Shown piece after piece: positions 48,100-59,035 of a stretch of DNA of 64,000 nucleotides. A program made the position numbers and the translations under genes. The notes under the pieces were generated by a model that saw only the letters and a list, made by a program, of their open reading frames with translations, ran no database searches and had not been told where the DNA came from. Positions within the stretch are counted from its first letter, which is position 1. Every line of letters begins with the position of its first letter. This DNA is from Gammaproteobacteria bacterium (GTDB lineage: Bacteria; Pseudomonadota; Gammaproteobacteria; JBCCGL01): the NCBI GenBank assembly GCA_965277715.1, contig OZ255836.1, forward strand, positions 3,789,254 to 3,853,253, given 5' to 3'.

Positions 48100-48276
48100 A
48101 TGGGCACACGGCATACCTGAACTATTCGCCATCAACCAGCGGGATCAGACAGGCATTACCGCTATAACGTTACTCAAATAATGCGCTATGTGTTAATGAC
48201 ACACTCAGCCAGCTCAGCTATAAGGTAAATCGATACACTTGCAAACCCCGGAAGTTATTTCGTGCACGTTCCTGAT

Positions 48277-48379
48277 ATGTATTAACTTGCAACCAATTGT
48301 TCCAGAACGCTTTTTTCTGGAACAATTATTGGCTAATACATCAGACATCATGTATTGACTTGTGTGCAAGTTAATACAT
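48277..48379. repeat. nested palindromic element: a 15-bp outer IR (ATGTATTAACTTGCA/TGCAAGTTAATACAT) enclosing a perfect 13-bp-stem hairpin (AATTGTTCCAGAA-cgctttt-TTCTGGAACAATT)
   Basis: Read directly from the sequence. It lies between the convergent TauE and MFS genes and may act as a bidirectional terminator or REP-like element. Confidence 0.6.
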
Positions 48380-48417
48380 GGGGTCTAAGGGGTTTTCCTC
48401 GTGTGAAACCCGGCGTG

Positions 48418-49578
48418 CTATTGGCCGCGTGACAAATAACGCCCGCGCACAATCAAACCTATCACCAGCAAGGCATAAATCAACGCCAGATACACCGGTA
48501 ACCCGTGCGGGCCAAATAAATTCATCGACCACCCCCCGGAGACCGAGCCGAGCAAGGCACCGCTGCCCCACATCACCGCAAAGGCCGCCGAACCGTTAAC
48601 CAACTCCTGACCCTGAAAGCGATCACCCAACGAAATCAGGGAGACGGTATACACGCCATACCCCGTCGCCCCGACCACGACCAGTACCGGCCACATCCAT
48701 AACGTCGCCATCACCGATGGCAGCACCAGCAAGCCGATTACCGTGACCATTGCACAGCCCGCCAGCACCAACCGATGCGGAAACCTATCCGCCAGCCAGC
48801 CAATTGGAAACTGCAAAACAATATTGCCGATAATCAACGCGGTTAGCGCGGTGGCAGCGATACTCAGTGAAAGCCCGTTTTGGATACCGTAAACCGGTAG
48901 CAGCGCCAGCGTGCCGGCATCGAAAATGGCGAAAGCACCCACTGCGATTAACAACATGGGTGCTTTGGGGGCGAACTGGAAAATACCGTCAGTTTTGGTT
49001 TCTTCGGGTTGCTCGGTGTGCGCTTCGCGTACAAAACTCAGCGGGATAACCCCAATCAGAATGACCACCGCACCGAGCACAAAAGGTGTCCAGCCCTCGA
49101 TACCAAGCCAACCGACAATCGCCGGTCCGGCGCCAAAGCTGGCGGAGAGCACGCTGGCGTAAATTGCCACCACCTTGCCACGGTGCTCGCTACCAGCGAA
49201 ACCGACAATCCACGCCTCGCTGAGCACAAACAGCGTCGATATCGACATTCCCTGTAGCAAACGAATCACAAACCACGCCTCTAACGTATCAAACAGCTTG
49301 TAAGAGAGAATAAACCCGGCAGTCGCCACGGCAGCGACGATGGCCAGATTGCGCGAGCCAAAGCGCTTTGACAATACGGGGATAATCGATGAAAACAGCA
49401 GAATACCAATTGGCATCATCGCCGAGTTCACCCCGATCATATTGGTCGACACACCGCGTGATTCGAGAATCAGTGACAGCAGCGGGTAGGTCATACCAAA
49501 TGCCAGGCCAAATACCGTAATCGCCGAGCAGGCGGCGATCAGGTTGCGGATATTAGAGAGAGTATTGTTTTTTTGCAT
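48418..49578 (-). CDS. MFS transporter
   Basis: 12 TM. The ORF extends to 49689, but M at 49578 (MQKNNTLSNIRNLIAA...) precedes TM1. The MFS motif region is GMTYPLL... Confidence 0.85.
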   Translation of the reverse strand: MQKNNTLSNIRNLIAACSAITVFGLAFGMTYPLLSLILESRGVSTNMIGVNSAMMPIGILLFSSIIPVLSKRFGSRNLAIVAAVATAGFILSYKLFDTLEAWFVIRLLQGMSISTLFVLSEAWIVGFAGSEHRGKVVAIYASVLSASFGAGPAIVGWLGIEGWTPFVLGAVVILIGVIPLSFVREAHTEQPEETKTDGIFQFAPKAPMLLIAVGAFAIFDAGTLALLPVYGIQNGLSLSIAATALTALIIGNIVLQFPIGWLADRFPHRLVLAGCAMVTVIGLLVLPSVMATLWMWPVLVVVGATGYGVYTVSLISLGDRFQGQELVNGSAAFAVMWGSGALLGSVSGGWSMNLFGPHGLPVYLALIYALLVIGLIVRGRYLSRGQ

Positions 49579-49840
49579 GATAATGGCCCTTCGCGCACAT
49601 TGAGAGAATGTCGGAAAACTATTCGGTTCGCAATGTTTTCTGATGTTCTTTTGAATCAGAGTAGACAGCGTCAGCAGCGCGATGCCCAACTATCGGCAAA
49701 AATTAATTCACTGAAAATGCCTTCTACCTTCCCCTCGTCAATAGCATTAAATATCTGTCGTGAAAGTGGCTCAAACTCAATATTTTTCTCAAAGGCATAA
49801 ACAAAAATATTAGTGTCAGGATAACAAAACCAGCCCAGAT

Positions 49841-49864
49841 CCCATGTATTGACTAATACATGGG
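49841..49864. promoter_or_regulatory. perfect 10-4-10 palindrome CCCATGTATT-gact-AATACATGGG about 265 bp upstream of the MFS start, a candidate operator
   Basis: Seen directly. A related interrupted copy (CATGTATTGAC...TAATACATGGGG) lies at 48350-48384 downstream of the same gene. Confidence 0.45.
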
Positions 49865-49953
49865 ATCTGGTAGAAATTTATGTTTTGTAGTATTCAGCCC
49901 AATGCCTTTTTCATTAAGGTTGGGCAAATCAATCAGCTTGAACTGAATAGTCA

Positions 49954-50754
49954 CTATGTTTTATATGCAGGTTCACGTGTATCCAGCATACGTATCAGCG
50001 ACGCCCATGAGCGGGTGACATAATCGCCCGGAGCGTCTTTGGGTGGCTTTCCATAGTCCGCCAGTTGTTTGATTACTGGTGGTTCAGGGGTGACAATTTT
50101 AGCCCCGGAGCCCATCACATCCACCTGTACCTTGCAGGCATTCTCAAGTGTATAAAGGTAGTAAAAAGCCTCGGCGACGGTTCTGCCCGCCGCTAATAAG
50201 CCGTGGTTGTGCATAACCATCAACCACTTGTCTGTGTCGTTAATATCTTCACCAATACGACGACACTCTTCCTCGTTGTCGGTGGCGATGGCGTAATCGT
50301 GGTAACTCACTAAATCGCGCACTTCATTGGCTTGCTGGGTAATCGGTAGCACACCGCAATCCATGCACGCCACCGCCATACCGGCACGCGTATGGCTGTG
50401 CAGCACGGTGTTGACATCGGGCCGCGCCTTGAGTACAGCGGTGTGGATAGCGTGTCCGGCATCGTTAACCGGGTAGTCACCGGCGATCACATTGCCCTCG
50501 AAATCCACCTTGATCAGGCTTGAGGCGGTGATTTCGTGAAACAGCATGCCGTAGGGGTTGATTAGGTAGTGATCGTCGTGCCCCGGCACCCGTGCACTGA
50601 GGTGGGTGAAGATCAAGTCGGTCCAACCGTAGTGCACAAACAGGCGATAACAGGCGGCGAGGTCGACGCGGGTTTGCCATTCGGTCGCGCTGATGGAGGG
50701 GGGTGCCAGATTGGGGGCCGGGTTGGAGACCAGGCTGGAGACAGGCGTTGCCAT
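49954..50754 (-). CDS. class II aldolase/adducin-family protein (OtnC/fuculose-phosphate-aldolase-like)
   Basis: His-rich metal site (HSHTRAGMAVA...H...H) typical of class II aldolase/decarboxylases. Confidence 0.8.
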   Translation of the reverse strand: MATPVSSLVSNPAPNLAPPSISATEWQTRVDLAACYRLFVHYGWTDLIFTHLSARVPGHDDHYLINPYGMLFHEITASSLIKVDFEGNVIAGDYPVNDAGHAIHTAVLKARPDVNTVLHSHTRAGMAVACMDCGVLPITQQANEVRDLVSYHDYAIATDNEEECRRIGEDINDTDKWLMVMHNHGLLAAGRTVAEAFYYLYTLENACKVQVDVMGSGAKIVTPEPPVIKQLADYGKPPKDAPGDYVTRSWASLIRMLDTREPAYKT

Positions 50755-51000
50755 AAACGCACCTCTGATGTTTGAATGGTATTAGGGCTCTCGCCGTTGA
50801 AGATCCTATCGGCGGATACGTTGAATGGCAAGATGAATTGCGCTATTTCCCCAATAGGCAGGTAAAAGGTCAAATGAAATTTGACATTCAGCAGGGCTTG
50901 GTTAAGTATCATCCGGGCTGAAATTCAGGCACTGATGTGCTGACGTGGCTTTTATCCATGTGTTTTACGTGGGTAAATTATTAAAACGACTATGTAATCC

Positions 51001-52614
51001 ATGAGGAACAAAAGAATGTCAGATTATGAAATTGAAAAATTACAGAAACGTGTGACCAACGGCGGCATGAATCGCCGCGAATTTTTACAGGCTGCTACGG
51101 CAATGGGTTTTGCCGCCGCTGCCCCTGCACTTTACACCCAGGCCGCCTACGCCACACCCAAGCGCGGTGGCACTTTGCGCCTCGGTCTGGGCGGCGCCAA
51201 TACAGCCGATTCGCTGGATCCGGAAAACAACGGCGACACCTTTATGATCAATATGAACCAGGGCGCTGTGCGCAATGCCCTGGTTGAAGTCAACGCCGAC
51301 GGCCAAGCGATTCCCGAGTTGGCCGAAAGCCTGGAGCCTTCTGCCGATGCCAAGACCTGGGTGGTCAAGCTGCGCAAAGGTGTCGAATTTCACAGCGGTA
51401 AAACCCTGAACGCCGATGATGTGATCGCATCGATCGAGCACCATCGCGGTGAGGCATCAACCTCTGCGGCCAAGTCGGTTGCCGAGTCGATGGGTAAGAT
51501 GCGCAAAGATGGCGCCGATACTGTTGTATTCGAGCTTGATGGGGGTAATGCTGACTTCCCTTACCTGCTCAGTGACTACCATATCCTGATTGGCCCTGTT
51601 GATAAATCGGGCAAGGTCGACTGGCTGTCAGGTGATGCCACCGGCCCTTATAGCGTTAAGGAATTTGAGCCGGCGGTACGTGCGCACCTGGTGCGCAACC
51701 CCAACTACTGGAAAGAGGGTGAAGGTCATTTCGACGAAGTTAAAATGACTGCGATCAACGATACCGCCGCCCGTATGAACGCAATGGCGACCGGCCAGGT
51801 TGATGCCATTGCCCGCTGTGACCTGAAAACTGCCAGCCTGCTGGAAAAGAAACCCGGTATCAGTGTATTGCAAACGGCGGGTACCAAACACTTCACCTAC
51901 CCAATGGATATGCGCAACGCGCCGTTTAATGACAACAATATCCGCATGGCGCTGAAACACGGTATTGACCGTGAAATATTCGTCAACACCGTGCTGCGCG
52001 GTTATGGCTCGCTGGGTAACGACCACCCGATTGGTGCTTCACAAAATTATCACGCCGGTGATTTGCCGCAGCGCGGATACGACCCTGAAAAAGCTAAGTG
52101 GTATCTCAAACAGGCGGGCCTCAGCGCATTGGATGTGGAAATTGCTGCCTCTGATGCCGCGTTTAGTGGCGCCGTTGATGCAACGCAACTGTACGCCGAA
52201 TCGCTGCGTCCCGCCGGTGTCAATCTGACCGTTAAACGTGCCTCGCCCGATGGTTATTGGGACAATGTGTGGATGAAAGTGCCGTGGAGCGCCTGTTACT
52301 GGTCTGGTCGCCCAACGGCTGACTGGATGTTTACCATTGGCTATAAAGCCGGTGGTAACTGGACAGACACCTACTGGAATCACCCCCGCTTTGAACAACT
52401 GCTGTTAGCTGGTCGCGCCGAGCTGGACGATGCCAAGCGCAATGAGATTTATGTGGAAATGCAAACCATCGTACACAACGAAGGCGGTGTTGTCGTACCG
52501 TGCTTTGCCAACAATGTCGATGCGGCTTCCGATAAACTCGGTCGCCCGGCGAAGATGGCCGGCAACTGGGAACTGGACGGCGCTCGCGCCTGCGCCCGCT
52601 GGTGGTTTGTATAA
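51001..52614 (+). CDS. ABC transporter substrate-binding protein, family 5 (peptide/nickel/opine), Tat-exported
   Basis: Twin-arginine signal NRREFLQAATAMGFAAAAPALYTQAAYA and an SBP_bac_5 fold. The start may be at 51067. Confidence 0.85.
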   Translation: MRNKRMSDYEIEKLQKRVTNGGMNRREFLQAATAMGFAAAAPALYTQAAYATPKRGGTLRLGLGGANTADSLDPENNGDTFMINMNQGAVRNALVEVNADGQAIPELAESLEPSADAKTWVVKLRKGVEFHSGKTLNADDVIASIEHHRGEASTSAAKSVAESMGKMRKDGADTVVFELDGGNADFPYLLSDYHILIGPVDKSGKVDWLSGDATGPYSVKEFEPAVRAHLVRNPNYWKEGEGHFDEVKMTAINDTAARMNAMATGQVDAIARCDLKTASLLEKKPGISVLQTAGTKHFTYPMDMRNAPFNDNNIRMALKHGIDREIFVNTVLRGYGSLGNDHPIGASQNYHAGDLPQRGYDPEKAKWYLKQAGLSALDVEIAASDAAFSGAVDATQLYAESLRPAGVNLTVKRASPDGYWDNVWMKVPWSACYWSGRPTADWMFTIGYKAGGNWTDTYWNHPRFEQLLLAGRAELDDAKRNEIYVEMQTIVHNEGGVVVPCFANNVDAASDKLGRPAKMAGNWELDGARACARWWFV

Positions 52615-52772
52615 CACGCGTGTATAGCGTACTTTAGTGCGTTAGAGGGTGTCGGAAAACATTACAAGCGCAGTGGTTTTCCGATACCCTTGTTACTTAC
52701 AGGTGGCCGGGGCGGCAATTACCCCGGCTGCTTTTTTGTTATAAAGAGCGGTAAATACCTGTCTATATCACC

Positions 52773-53732
52773 ATGAATAATATACTGACCATAATGATTC
52801 TAAAGCGCCTGGGGCTGGGTTTGTTTACCTTGTTCGGCGTGTCTGTACTGATCACCTTGGGTGTCGAGGCCTTATCTGGCGATATATGCACAGCCGTGCT
52901 GGGGCAGATGGCAGACGAATCCACTATCGCCGCCTGCCATATTCAGTTAAACCTGGACAGGCCCATACACACACGCTATATCGAATGGCTATTTAATTTT
53001 ATGCAGGGGGATATGGGTATATCTCTCGGCAATTTGCGCCCGGTCGCTGACCTGGTGGGCAGCCGTATGGGCAATACCCTCTACCTGGCTGGGCTGACCT
53101 CGCTGATAGCCGTGCCGCTGGGGGTTATGCTCGGTGTCATCGCCGCGCTGTACCGCAACACACCCATCGACCACACCATATCCACCAGCACGCTGACCAC
53201 CATCTCTTCACCTGAGTTCTTTGTCGGTTACATTCTGATGGCGATTTTTGCGGTGAGCAATAACTGGCTACCCGCCATTTCCAATGTGGAAAGCTCCATG
53301 AGCCTGCTCGAACGGCTCAAGGTGTCGGCGCTGCCCGTGATGACACTGACGCTGGTCTCGGTGGCACACATGATGCGCATGACACGCGCTTCCATCGTCA
53401 ACCTGTTGGCCAGCCCCTATATCGAGATGGCGAAACTCAAAGGCATTAAGCCGAGCCGGATTATTGTCAAACACGCACTACCCAATGCCTGGTCACCGAT
53501 TATTCAGGTGATTGTTTTAAATCTGGCTTATCTGATTGTCGGCGTCGTGGTCATTGAAGTGGTGTTTGTCTACCCCGGTCTGGGTTCGCTAATTGTCGAT
53601 GCCGTCCTGTTGCGTGATATGCCTATCGTACAGGGCACGGCAATGATCTTTGCCGCAGCCTACGTATTACTATTTTTGCTCGCCGATATATTATCGATGC
53701 TGGCCAATCCCCGTCTACGGCATAGGAGGTAA
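52773..53732 (+). CDS. ABC transporter permease (DppB-like)
   Basis: 6-TM BPD_transp_1 with an EAA-like loop. Confidence 0.85.
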   Translation: MNNILTIMILKRLGLGLFTLFGVSVLITLGVEALSGDICTAVLGQMADESTIAACHIQLNLDRPIHTRYIEWLFNFMQGDMGISLGNLRPVADLVGSRMGNTLYLAGLTSLIAVPLGVMLGVIAALYRNTPIDHTISTSTLTTISSPEFFVGYILMAIFAVSNNWLPAISNVESSMSLLERLKVSALPVMTLTLVSVAHMMRMTRASIVNLLASPYIEMAKLKGIKPSRIIVKHALPNAWSPIIQVIVLNLAYLIVGVVVIEVVFVYPGLGSLIVDAVLLRDMPIVQGTAMIFAAAYVLLFLLADILSMLANPRLRHRR

Positions 53733-53738
53733 TTCGGT

Positions 53739-54569
53739 ATGTCCTTTACTGCATTTTGGCATGACCTCAACTGGAGTGCCCGCATCGGCTTGTTTATCGT
53801 CTTGTTTTTTGCCTTTTGTGCCTTGTTTGCCCAGTGGCTGGCCCCGTATGGGGAGAGCCAGATTGTCGGTGATGTATGGGAGCCAATTGGCGGTGAATTT
53901 ATTTTCGGCACCGACCAAATAGGCCGCGATTTACTGTCCCGCTTGATTTACGGGGCGCGCAACACCATTGCACTGGCGTTGTTATCCACCACTGTCTCCT
54001 TTCTTACCGGCACGGTATTAGGTTTTATTGCCGCGACAATGGGCGGTAATGCCGATCAGATATTAAGCCGCCTGGTGGATATTTGTATTTCCATTCCCAC
54101 ACTGATCTGCGCGCTGATCGTTTTATTTGCACTCGGCACGGATACACTGACGCTGATACTGGTGATTGGTTTTATCTACGCTATGCCCGTCTTTCGTATC
54201 GCCCGCGCTGTCGCCATGGATGTGGAGGTGATGGACTACGTCGAAGTGGCACGCCTGCGCGGTGAAGGGCTGTGGTGGATTATGCGCCGGGAAATCCTGC
54301 CCAATGCATTAACACCACTGGCCGCTGAATTTGGTCTGCGCTTCTGCTTTGTATTTTTGTTGATTTCCAGCTTGAGCTTTCTCGGCCTCGGTCTACAACC
54401 GCCACTGGCAGACTGGGGTGCAATGGTGCGCGGCAACGCCGATGGCATTGCCTGGGGGTTCTACCACCCACTGATCCCCGCCGGGTGTATCGCCGCGCTG
54501 ACGATTGGTATCAATCTGTTGATCGACCGTTGGGTACACAAAGCCAGTGGGCTGAGAGACGACCAGTAG
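53739..54569 (+). CDS. ABC transporter permease (DppC-like)
   Basis: 6-TM BPD_transp_1. Confidence 0.85.
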   Translation: MSFTAFWHDLNWSARIGLFIVLFFAFCALFAQWLAPYGESQIVGDVWEPIGGEFIFGTDQIGRDLLSRLIYGARNTIALALLSTTVSFLTGTVLGFIAATMGGNADQILSRLVDICISIPTLICALIVLFALGTDTLTLILVIGFIYAMPVFRIARAVAMDVEVMDYVEVARLRGEGLWWIMRREILPNALTPLAAEFGLRFCFVFLLISSLSFLGLGLQPPLADWGAMVRGNADGIAWGFYHPLIPAGCIAALTIGINLLIDRWVHKASGLRDDQ

Positions 54570-54598
54570 GTTATAGGCCAATAGGCACAAGGCATAAT

Positions 54599-56254
54599 AT
54601 GAGCGAAAAATTACTTGAAATAAAAGACCTGCTGATCGAAGCGGATATCGATGGCGACTGGAAACCGATTGTCAACAGCCTGTCGATGACGCTGGAGCGC
54701 GGTGAGATTATCGGTTTAATCGGTGAATCGGGAGCGGGTAAATCCACCTTCGGTCTGACTGCATTGGGTTATACCAAGCCGGGGTGTCGAATCGTTTCCG
54801 GTTCCATCCTGCTCGATGGCGTTGAGCTGGTAGGCAAACCCAACGCCGAGCTGCGCACTGTCCGGGGTAACAAAGTCGCCTATGTGGCGCAGAGTGCCGC
54901 CGCTTCGTTTAACCCTGCCCACACACTGTTTGAGCAGTTCGCCGAATCCCCCGTACAACACGGCAAAATGAAAATGGCGGATGCGCGTAAGCGCAGCATC
55001 GAGCTGTTTCGCCAGCTCGACCTGCCGGATGCCGAACACATTGGCGATCGCTACCCACACCAGGTGTCCGGTGGGCAGTTACAGCGTGCGATGACCGCGA
55101 TGGCGCTGGGCTCAAACCCGGATATCATTATCTTCGACGAGCCGACCACGGCGCTTGATGTCACCACTCAAATCGAAGTGCTGGGCGCTATCAAAGAGGC
55201 CGTCAAGGCGCGCAATGTGGCGGCAATCTACATCACCCACGACCTCGCCGTCGTCGCACAAATGGCCGACCGCATTATGGTACTGCGCTACGGTGATCTG
55301 GTCGAAGAGGGTAACGCACGGGATATGCTCGCCAACCCAAAACAGGACTACACCCGTAAGTTACTTAACGTGCGCTCGCAGCGCGATGCGAGAACCGACC
55401 ACGATGAAGCCGATATCCAACTCTCGGTCGAAAACATCACCGCCCGCTATCCGGGCACCGGCAGTGACGTATTGAGCGATATCAATATCAACCTGGTCAA
55501 GGGCAAGACGGTTGCCGTAGTCGGTGAGTCAGGCAGTGGTAAAAGCACCCTGGCGCGTGTTATTACCGGCCTGTTACCGCCCAGCCAGGGTGTGGTGAAA
55601 TTCCACGGGCGCACCTTAACCCCCTCCCTGAAAACCCGGCCAAAGCAGGATTTACAGTCGATCCAAATGATCTACCAAATGGCCGATGTGGCGATGAACC
55701 CCCGGCATAAAATCAAAGAGATCATTGGTCGTCCGCTGGAGTTTTACCTCGGTATCACCGGTAGGGAACGCGATCAGCGCGTGCTCGAACTGCTGCACCA
55801 GATCGAGATTCCCGAAGACTACGCCGAGCGTTACCCATCGCAATTGTCTGGCGGAGAAAAACAACGCATCTGTATTGCCCGGGCACTGGCGGCAGAGCCG
55901 GAGCTGATTATCTGTGATGAAGTGACCTCGGCGCTGGATCAATTGGTCGCTGAAGGTATTCTCGATTTGCTGCTCAACCTGCAAAAAGAACTCAACGTCT
56001 CCTACCTTTTTATCACCCACGACCTGGCCACCGTTAAGGCCATTGCCGATGAAATTGTGGTGATGTACCAGGGAGGCGTCGTCGAACAGGGCAATAAGAC
56101 TGACATACTGGCGCCGCCCTGGGCGCCTTACACTGAGCTGTTGTTGTCCTCAGTGCCGGAAATGGATCCCGATTGGTTGGATGATCTGGTTGACCGGCGC
56201 AAGCGGGGCGAGGCACCGACGGCAGAGAGTATGGCTACTGCGTATAACCGGTAG
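54599..56254 (+). CDS. ABC transporter ATP-binding protein with duplicated (fused DppD/DppF-type) ATPase domains
   Basis: Two Walker A motifs (GESGAGKST and GESGSGKST), two signature motifs (LSGGQ and LSGGEKQR) and two Walker B motifs. The ORF track start at 54485 overlaps the permease, so M at 54599 was chosen. Confidence 0.85.
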   Translation: MSEKLLEIKDLLIEADIDGDWKPIVNSLSMTLERGEIIGLIGESGAGKSTFGLTALGYTKPGCRIVSGSILLDGVELVGKPNAELRTVRGNKVAYVAQSAAASFNPAHTLFEQFAESPVQHGKMKMADARKRSIELFRQLDLPDAEHIGDRYPHQVSGGQLQRAMTAMALGSNPDIIIFDEPTTALDVTTQIEVLGAIKEAVKARNVAAIYITHDLAVVAQMADRIMVLRYGDLVEEGNARDMLANPKQDYTRKLLNVRSQRDARTDHDEADIQLSVENITARYPGTGSDVLSDININLVKGKTVAVVGESGSGKSTLARVITGLLPPSQGVVKFHGRTLTPSLKTRPKQDLQSIQMIYQMADVAMNPRHKIKEIIGRPLEFYLGITGRERDQRVLELLHQIEIPEDYAERYPSQLSGGEKQRICIARALAAEPELIICDEVTSALDQLVAEGILDLLLNLQKELNVSYLFITHDLATVKAIADEIVVMYQGGVVEQGNKTDILAPPWAPYTELLLSSVPEMDPDWLDDLVDRRKRGEAPTAESMATAYNR

Positions 56255-56282
56255 ACTGCCGACCCTTTACAGAGGCGCCTGT

Positions 56283-57212
56283 TCATTTTGGAATAACATC
56301 TGGAAACCCCTCCGCCCGCAGTTCGGTGCCGGTGGTCTCCTCCATCATCCTGATAACATGCGGTGTCCATGCATCGCCGCCGTATTTGGCGCGTGACTCG
56401 ATAAACAATTGCTCTACCAGGCCGGTGAGCTTTAGGGGAACATCGAGGTTTTTTCCAAGTGCGGTAACAAACCCTAAATCCTTTAAACCCAGCTCGGTGG
56501 TAAACCCGGTGTTTAATGTCCCGTTTAAAATCACAGGCGCCCAGTCTTCAAATTCCCGGCTACTGCCAGAGCTGGCGGTAATCGCCTGATAGCACTTGCC
56601 CAAATCCAGCCCTCCCCGTTTGGCCAGCATCAAGGCCTCACCCATCGCCACCAGGTCGACCAGGCAGAGCAAATTGCTAATCACCTTGATCAGCGAGGCG
56701 TCGCCAATTTTTCCCATATACACAATATGCCCGCTCATTTTTTCTAGTAGTGGGCGATGACTATCAAACACCGCTTGTGCGCCGCCAACCAATAGCGTCA
56801 TTTCACCGCGTGCTGCGCGGTGCACACCCCCGGTGGCGGGGCACTCCAGGGTTTCAATACCCAACTCACTGGCGAGTGCAGCGAGACGTTTGATCTCCTC
56901 TACTTCGGTGGTGCTCATTTCAATCCAGGTGGCACCGGGTTTTAACGATGCCAAGGCACCATTATTGTCGTCATTATGACCTGTCATTACGGCGGCAGAG
57001 GCAGCGGGCGACGGCAGGCAGGTGATTAATACATCGACCTGGCTGGCGGTGTCCTGCACGGAAGTGGCCGCTTTGGCACCGGCATTGACGACGTGTTGCA
57101 TCGCCATTTCGTTTAAATCGTAAACCGTCAGGTCGATAGCGGCGTCGAGTAAATTTTTGGCCAGCCTGGCGCCGAGAACACCCAGCCCAATAAAACCGTA
57201 TTTCATATTCAT
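56283..57212 (-). CDS. NAD(P)-dependent oxidoreductase, 3-hydroxyisobutyrate dehydrogenase (HIBADH) family
   Basis: Rossmann motif MKYGFIGLGVLGARLAKNL and a 6PGD-type C-terminal domain. Confidence 0.8.
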   Translation of the reverse strand: MNMKYGFIGLGVLGARLAKNLLDAAIDLTVYDLNEMAMQHVVNAGAKAATSVQDTASQVDVLITCLPSPAASAAVMTGHNDDNNGALASLKPGATWIEMSTTEVEEIKRLAALASELGIETLECPATGGVHRAARGEMTLLVGGAQAVFDSHRPLLEKMSGHIVYMGKIGDASLIKVISNLLCLVDLVAMGEALMLAKRGGLDLGKCYQAITASSGSSREFEDWAPVILNGTLNTGFTTELGLKDLGFVTALGKNLDVPLKLTGLVEQLFIESRAKYGGDAWTPHVIRMMEETTGTELRAEGFPDVIPK

Positions 57213-57278
57213 TACCGTGTCAGGGAGTACAGTGAGGGATCAATATAAGGCAAACCGCGTGCGTGTGTCAGCATAGCA

Positions 57279-58142
57279 ATGCGCAAAACCAAAAATCCCA
57301 TTACACTATCGACTGGATCGTTCGTGGTTTTCCCGTTGAAAAAATTATTCATTATTGCCCGCTTTGAGCTGGTGAGGCTTTTTTTTACCACACGTGGGTG
57401 TATATCGCTGCTGGCCTTCGCCCTGCTGTGGTCAGTATTGCTGCGCTATTTGATTTATAACGCGTCCTATTATTTGTTGGACAGGGACACCAGCAACTTG
57501 ATCGGTGCGTTAATCGGTAATACGGATGTGCAAAACCCACTTGCCTGGCCGGTGGCGGAAATGACCGTTTTTTGGAGCGTGGCCCTGTACCTGTTTCCGT
57601 TTTTTTGTATTGTGTTAACCGCCGATCAAACAGCGTCTGATCGCAGCCGTGGCACATTGCGCTTGATTAACTTGCGCGCCAACCGGGACACCATTTACTT
57701 TGGCCGTTTTCTCGGCCAAATGATTATCCAGGGGTTATTAATCATTGCTACTGTGGGCAGTGTGCTGGTGTTGGCAGTGTCACGGGACACCAGCCTGCTG
57801 GGGGCTGGGTTGTCACTGGCGGTGTTGATTACGGTTAACCTTGTTATTGTCCTGCTGCCTTATACCGCACTCATGGCGCTGGTATCGGTTATCGCCAAAT
57901 CAGCCCGTCAGGCGACTGTCTACGCCATAATCCTGTGGTTGATATTGCTTATTCTTATCGCCTGGCTGGCGCCCTATTTTCCCGATGTTGGTTTTTTTCA
58001 ATGGATACTGCCGGGTTCGCAATTTTCTGCACTGTTAGAAAAAGAAGGCTGGGATATGTTGTCATTGGCACACATACCGCTGATACAGACGGTAGTGTTG
58101 TTAGGTGTGGGGCGTTGGCTGATGCAACGGAGTGATTTATGA
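57279..58142 (+). CDS. ABC-2-type transporter permease-like membrane protein
   Basis: 6 predicted TM helices. It overlaps the downstream ABC ATPase by 4 bp (ATGA). The start codon is uncertain. Confidence 0.5.
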   Translation: MRKTKNPITLSTGSFVVFPLKKLFIIARFELVRLFFTTRGCISLLAFALLWSVLLRYLIYNASYYLLDRDTSNLIGALIGNTDVQNPLAWPVAEMTVFWSVALYLFPFFCIVLTADQTASDRSRGTLRLINLRANRDTIYFGRFLGQMIIQGLLIIATVGSVLVLAVSRDTSLLGAGLSLAVLITVNLVIVLLPYTALMALVSVIAKSARQATVYAIILWLILLILIAWLAPYFPDVGFFQWILPGSQFSALLEKEGWDMLSLAHIPLIQTVVLLGVGRWLMQRSDL

Positions 58143-59035
58143 GTGTGATCAGTTGCACCGACCTGGGCAAACGCTATGGCAGTAACGTGGCTCTGGACAG
58201 TGTCAATCTCGATTTGCAGGCAGGCGACCCTATCGCCCTGATTGGCCCAAACGGTGCGGGTAAAACCACCTTAATGAGTTTGTTGTGTGGGTACATTCGC
58301 CCTGATAGTGGCCAGGCAACTGTGTTGGGGTTGGCGCCGGGCAGTGCCGGGTTGAGTGGTCGGCTCAGCGCACTGCCACAGGATGCACAGCTCGACCCAC
58401 GCTTTTCAGTGGCTCGGCAGTTGCATTTATTTGCCATATTGCAGGGGCTAAGTGGAGGGGCGGCCAGGCGTGATGTGGATCGGGTGCTCGATTATGTGGG
58501 GCTGGCTGATGCTAAACAGCAGAAACCCGCTGAATTGAGCCACGGCATGCGTAAGCGCGTTGCTATTGCCCAGGCGCTATTGGGCGCCCCGGAAGTGGTA
58601 TTGCTGGATGAACCGACTGCCGGGCTCGACCCCGCCAATGTCAAAATCATCCGCGATTTAATCGTCTCCTGTTCACAGCGTATGACCTTTATCGTCAGCT
58701 CGCACAACCTGGATGAACTGGAAAAGTTGTGCAGTACCGTGGTACATCTCGACCAGGGTTGCCTGAAAAATCAGGTCGATATTGGCAGTACAGGTAATGA
58801 AGGGTATTTAACCATCAAACTGGGGCAGTCTGATACACAGGATGCGGCGAAACTACTGTCGACACTCACCGGTGTTATTGATGTACTTCCCAAACAACAG
58901 GGGGATATTGTTCTGCAATACGATATTGCCTCGTATCCGACGATGGACCAGCAGCTACTCAGGTTTTTGGCGGATAATAATCTGGCGTACAAGCACCTGA
59001 TTAAGGGGCGTACGCTGGAGGATAGATTGTTTTGA
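58139..59035 (+). CDS. ABC transporter ATP-binding protein with a C-terminal extension of about 80 aa
   Basis: Walker A GPNGAGKTTLM, signature LSHGMRKR and Walker B VVLLDEPTAGLD. Confidence 0.85.
   Translation: MSVISCTDLGKRYGSNVALDSVNLDLQAGDPIALIGPNGAGKTTLMSLLCGYIRPDSGQATVLGLAPGSAGLSGRLSALPQDAQLDPRFSVARQLHLFAILQGLSGGAARRDVDRVLDYVGLADAKQQKPAELSHGMRKRVAIAQALLGAPEVVLLDEPTAGLDPANVKIIRDLIVSCSQRMTFIVSSHNLDELEKLCSTVVHLDQGCLKNQVDIGSTGNEGYLTIKLGQSDTQDAAKLLSTLTGVIDVLPKQQGDIVLQYDIASYPTMDQQLLRFLADNNLAYKHLIKGRTLEDRLF

Noticed and set aside
50755-51000. Candidate sigma-54 promoter (TGGCAAgatgaATTGCG) upstream of the ABC substrate-binding gene
   Set aside because: The GG-to-GC spacing is one nucleotide too long for the -24/-12 consensus. 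A sigma-70-like TTGACA-16-TAAGTA is a more plausible promoter but is weak, so it was not annotated.
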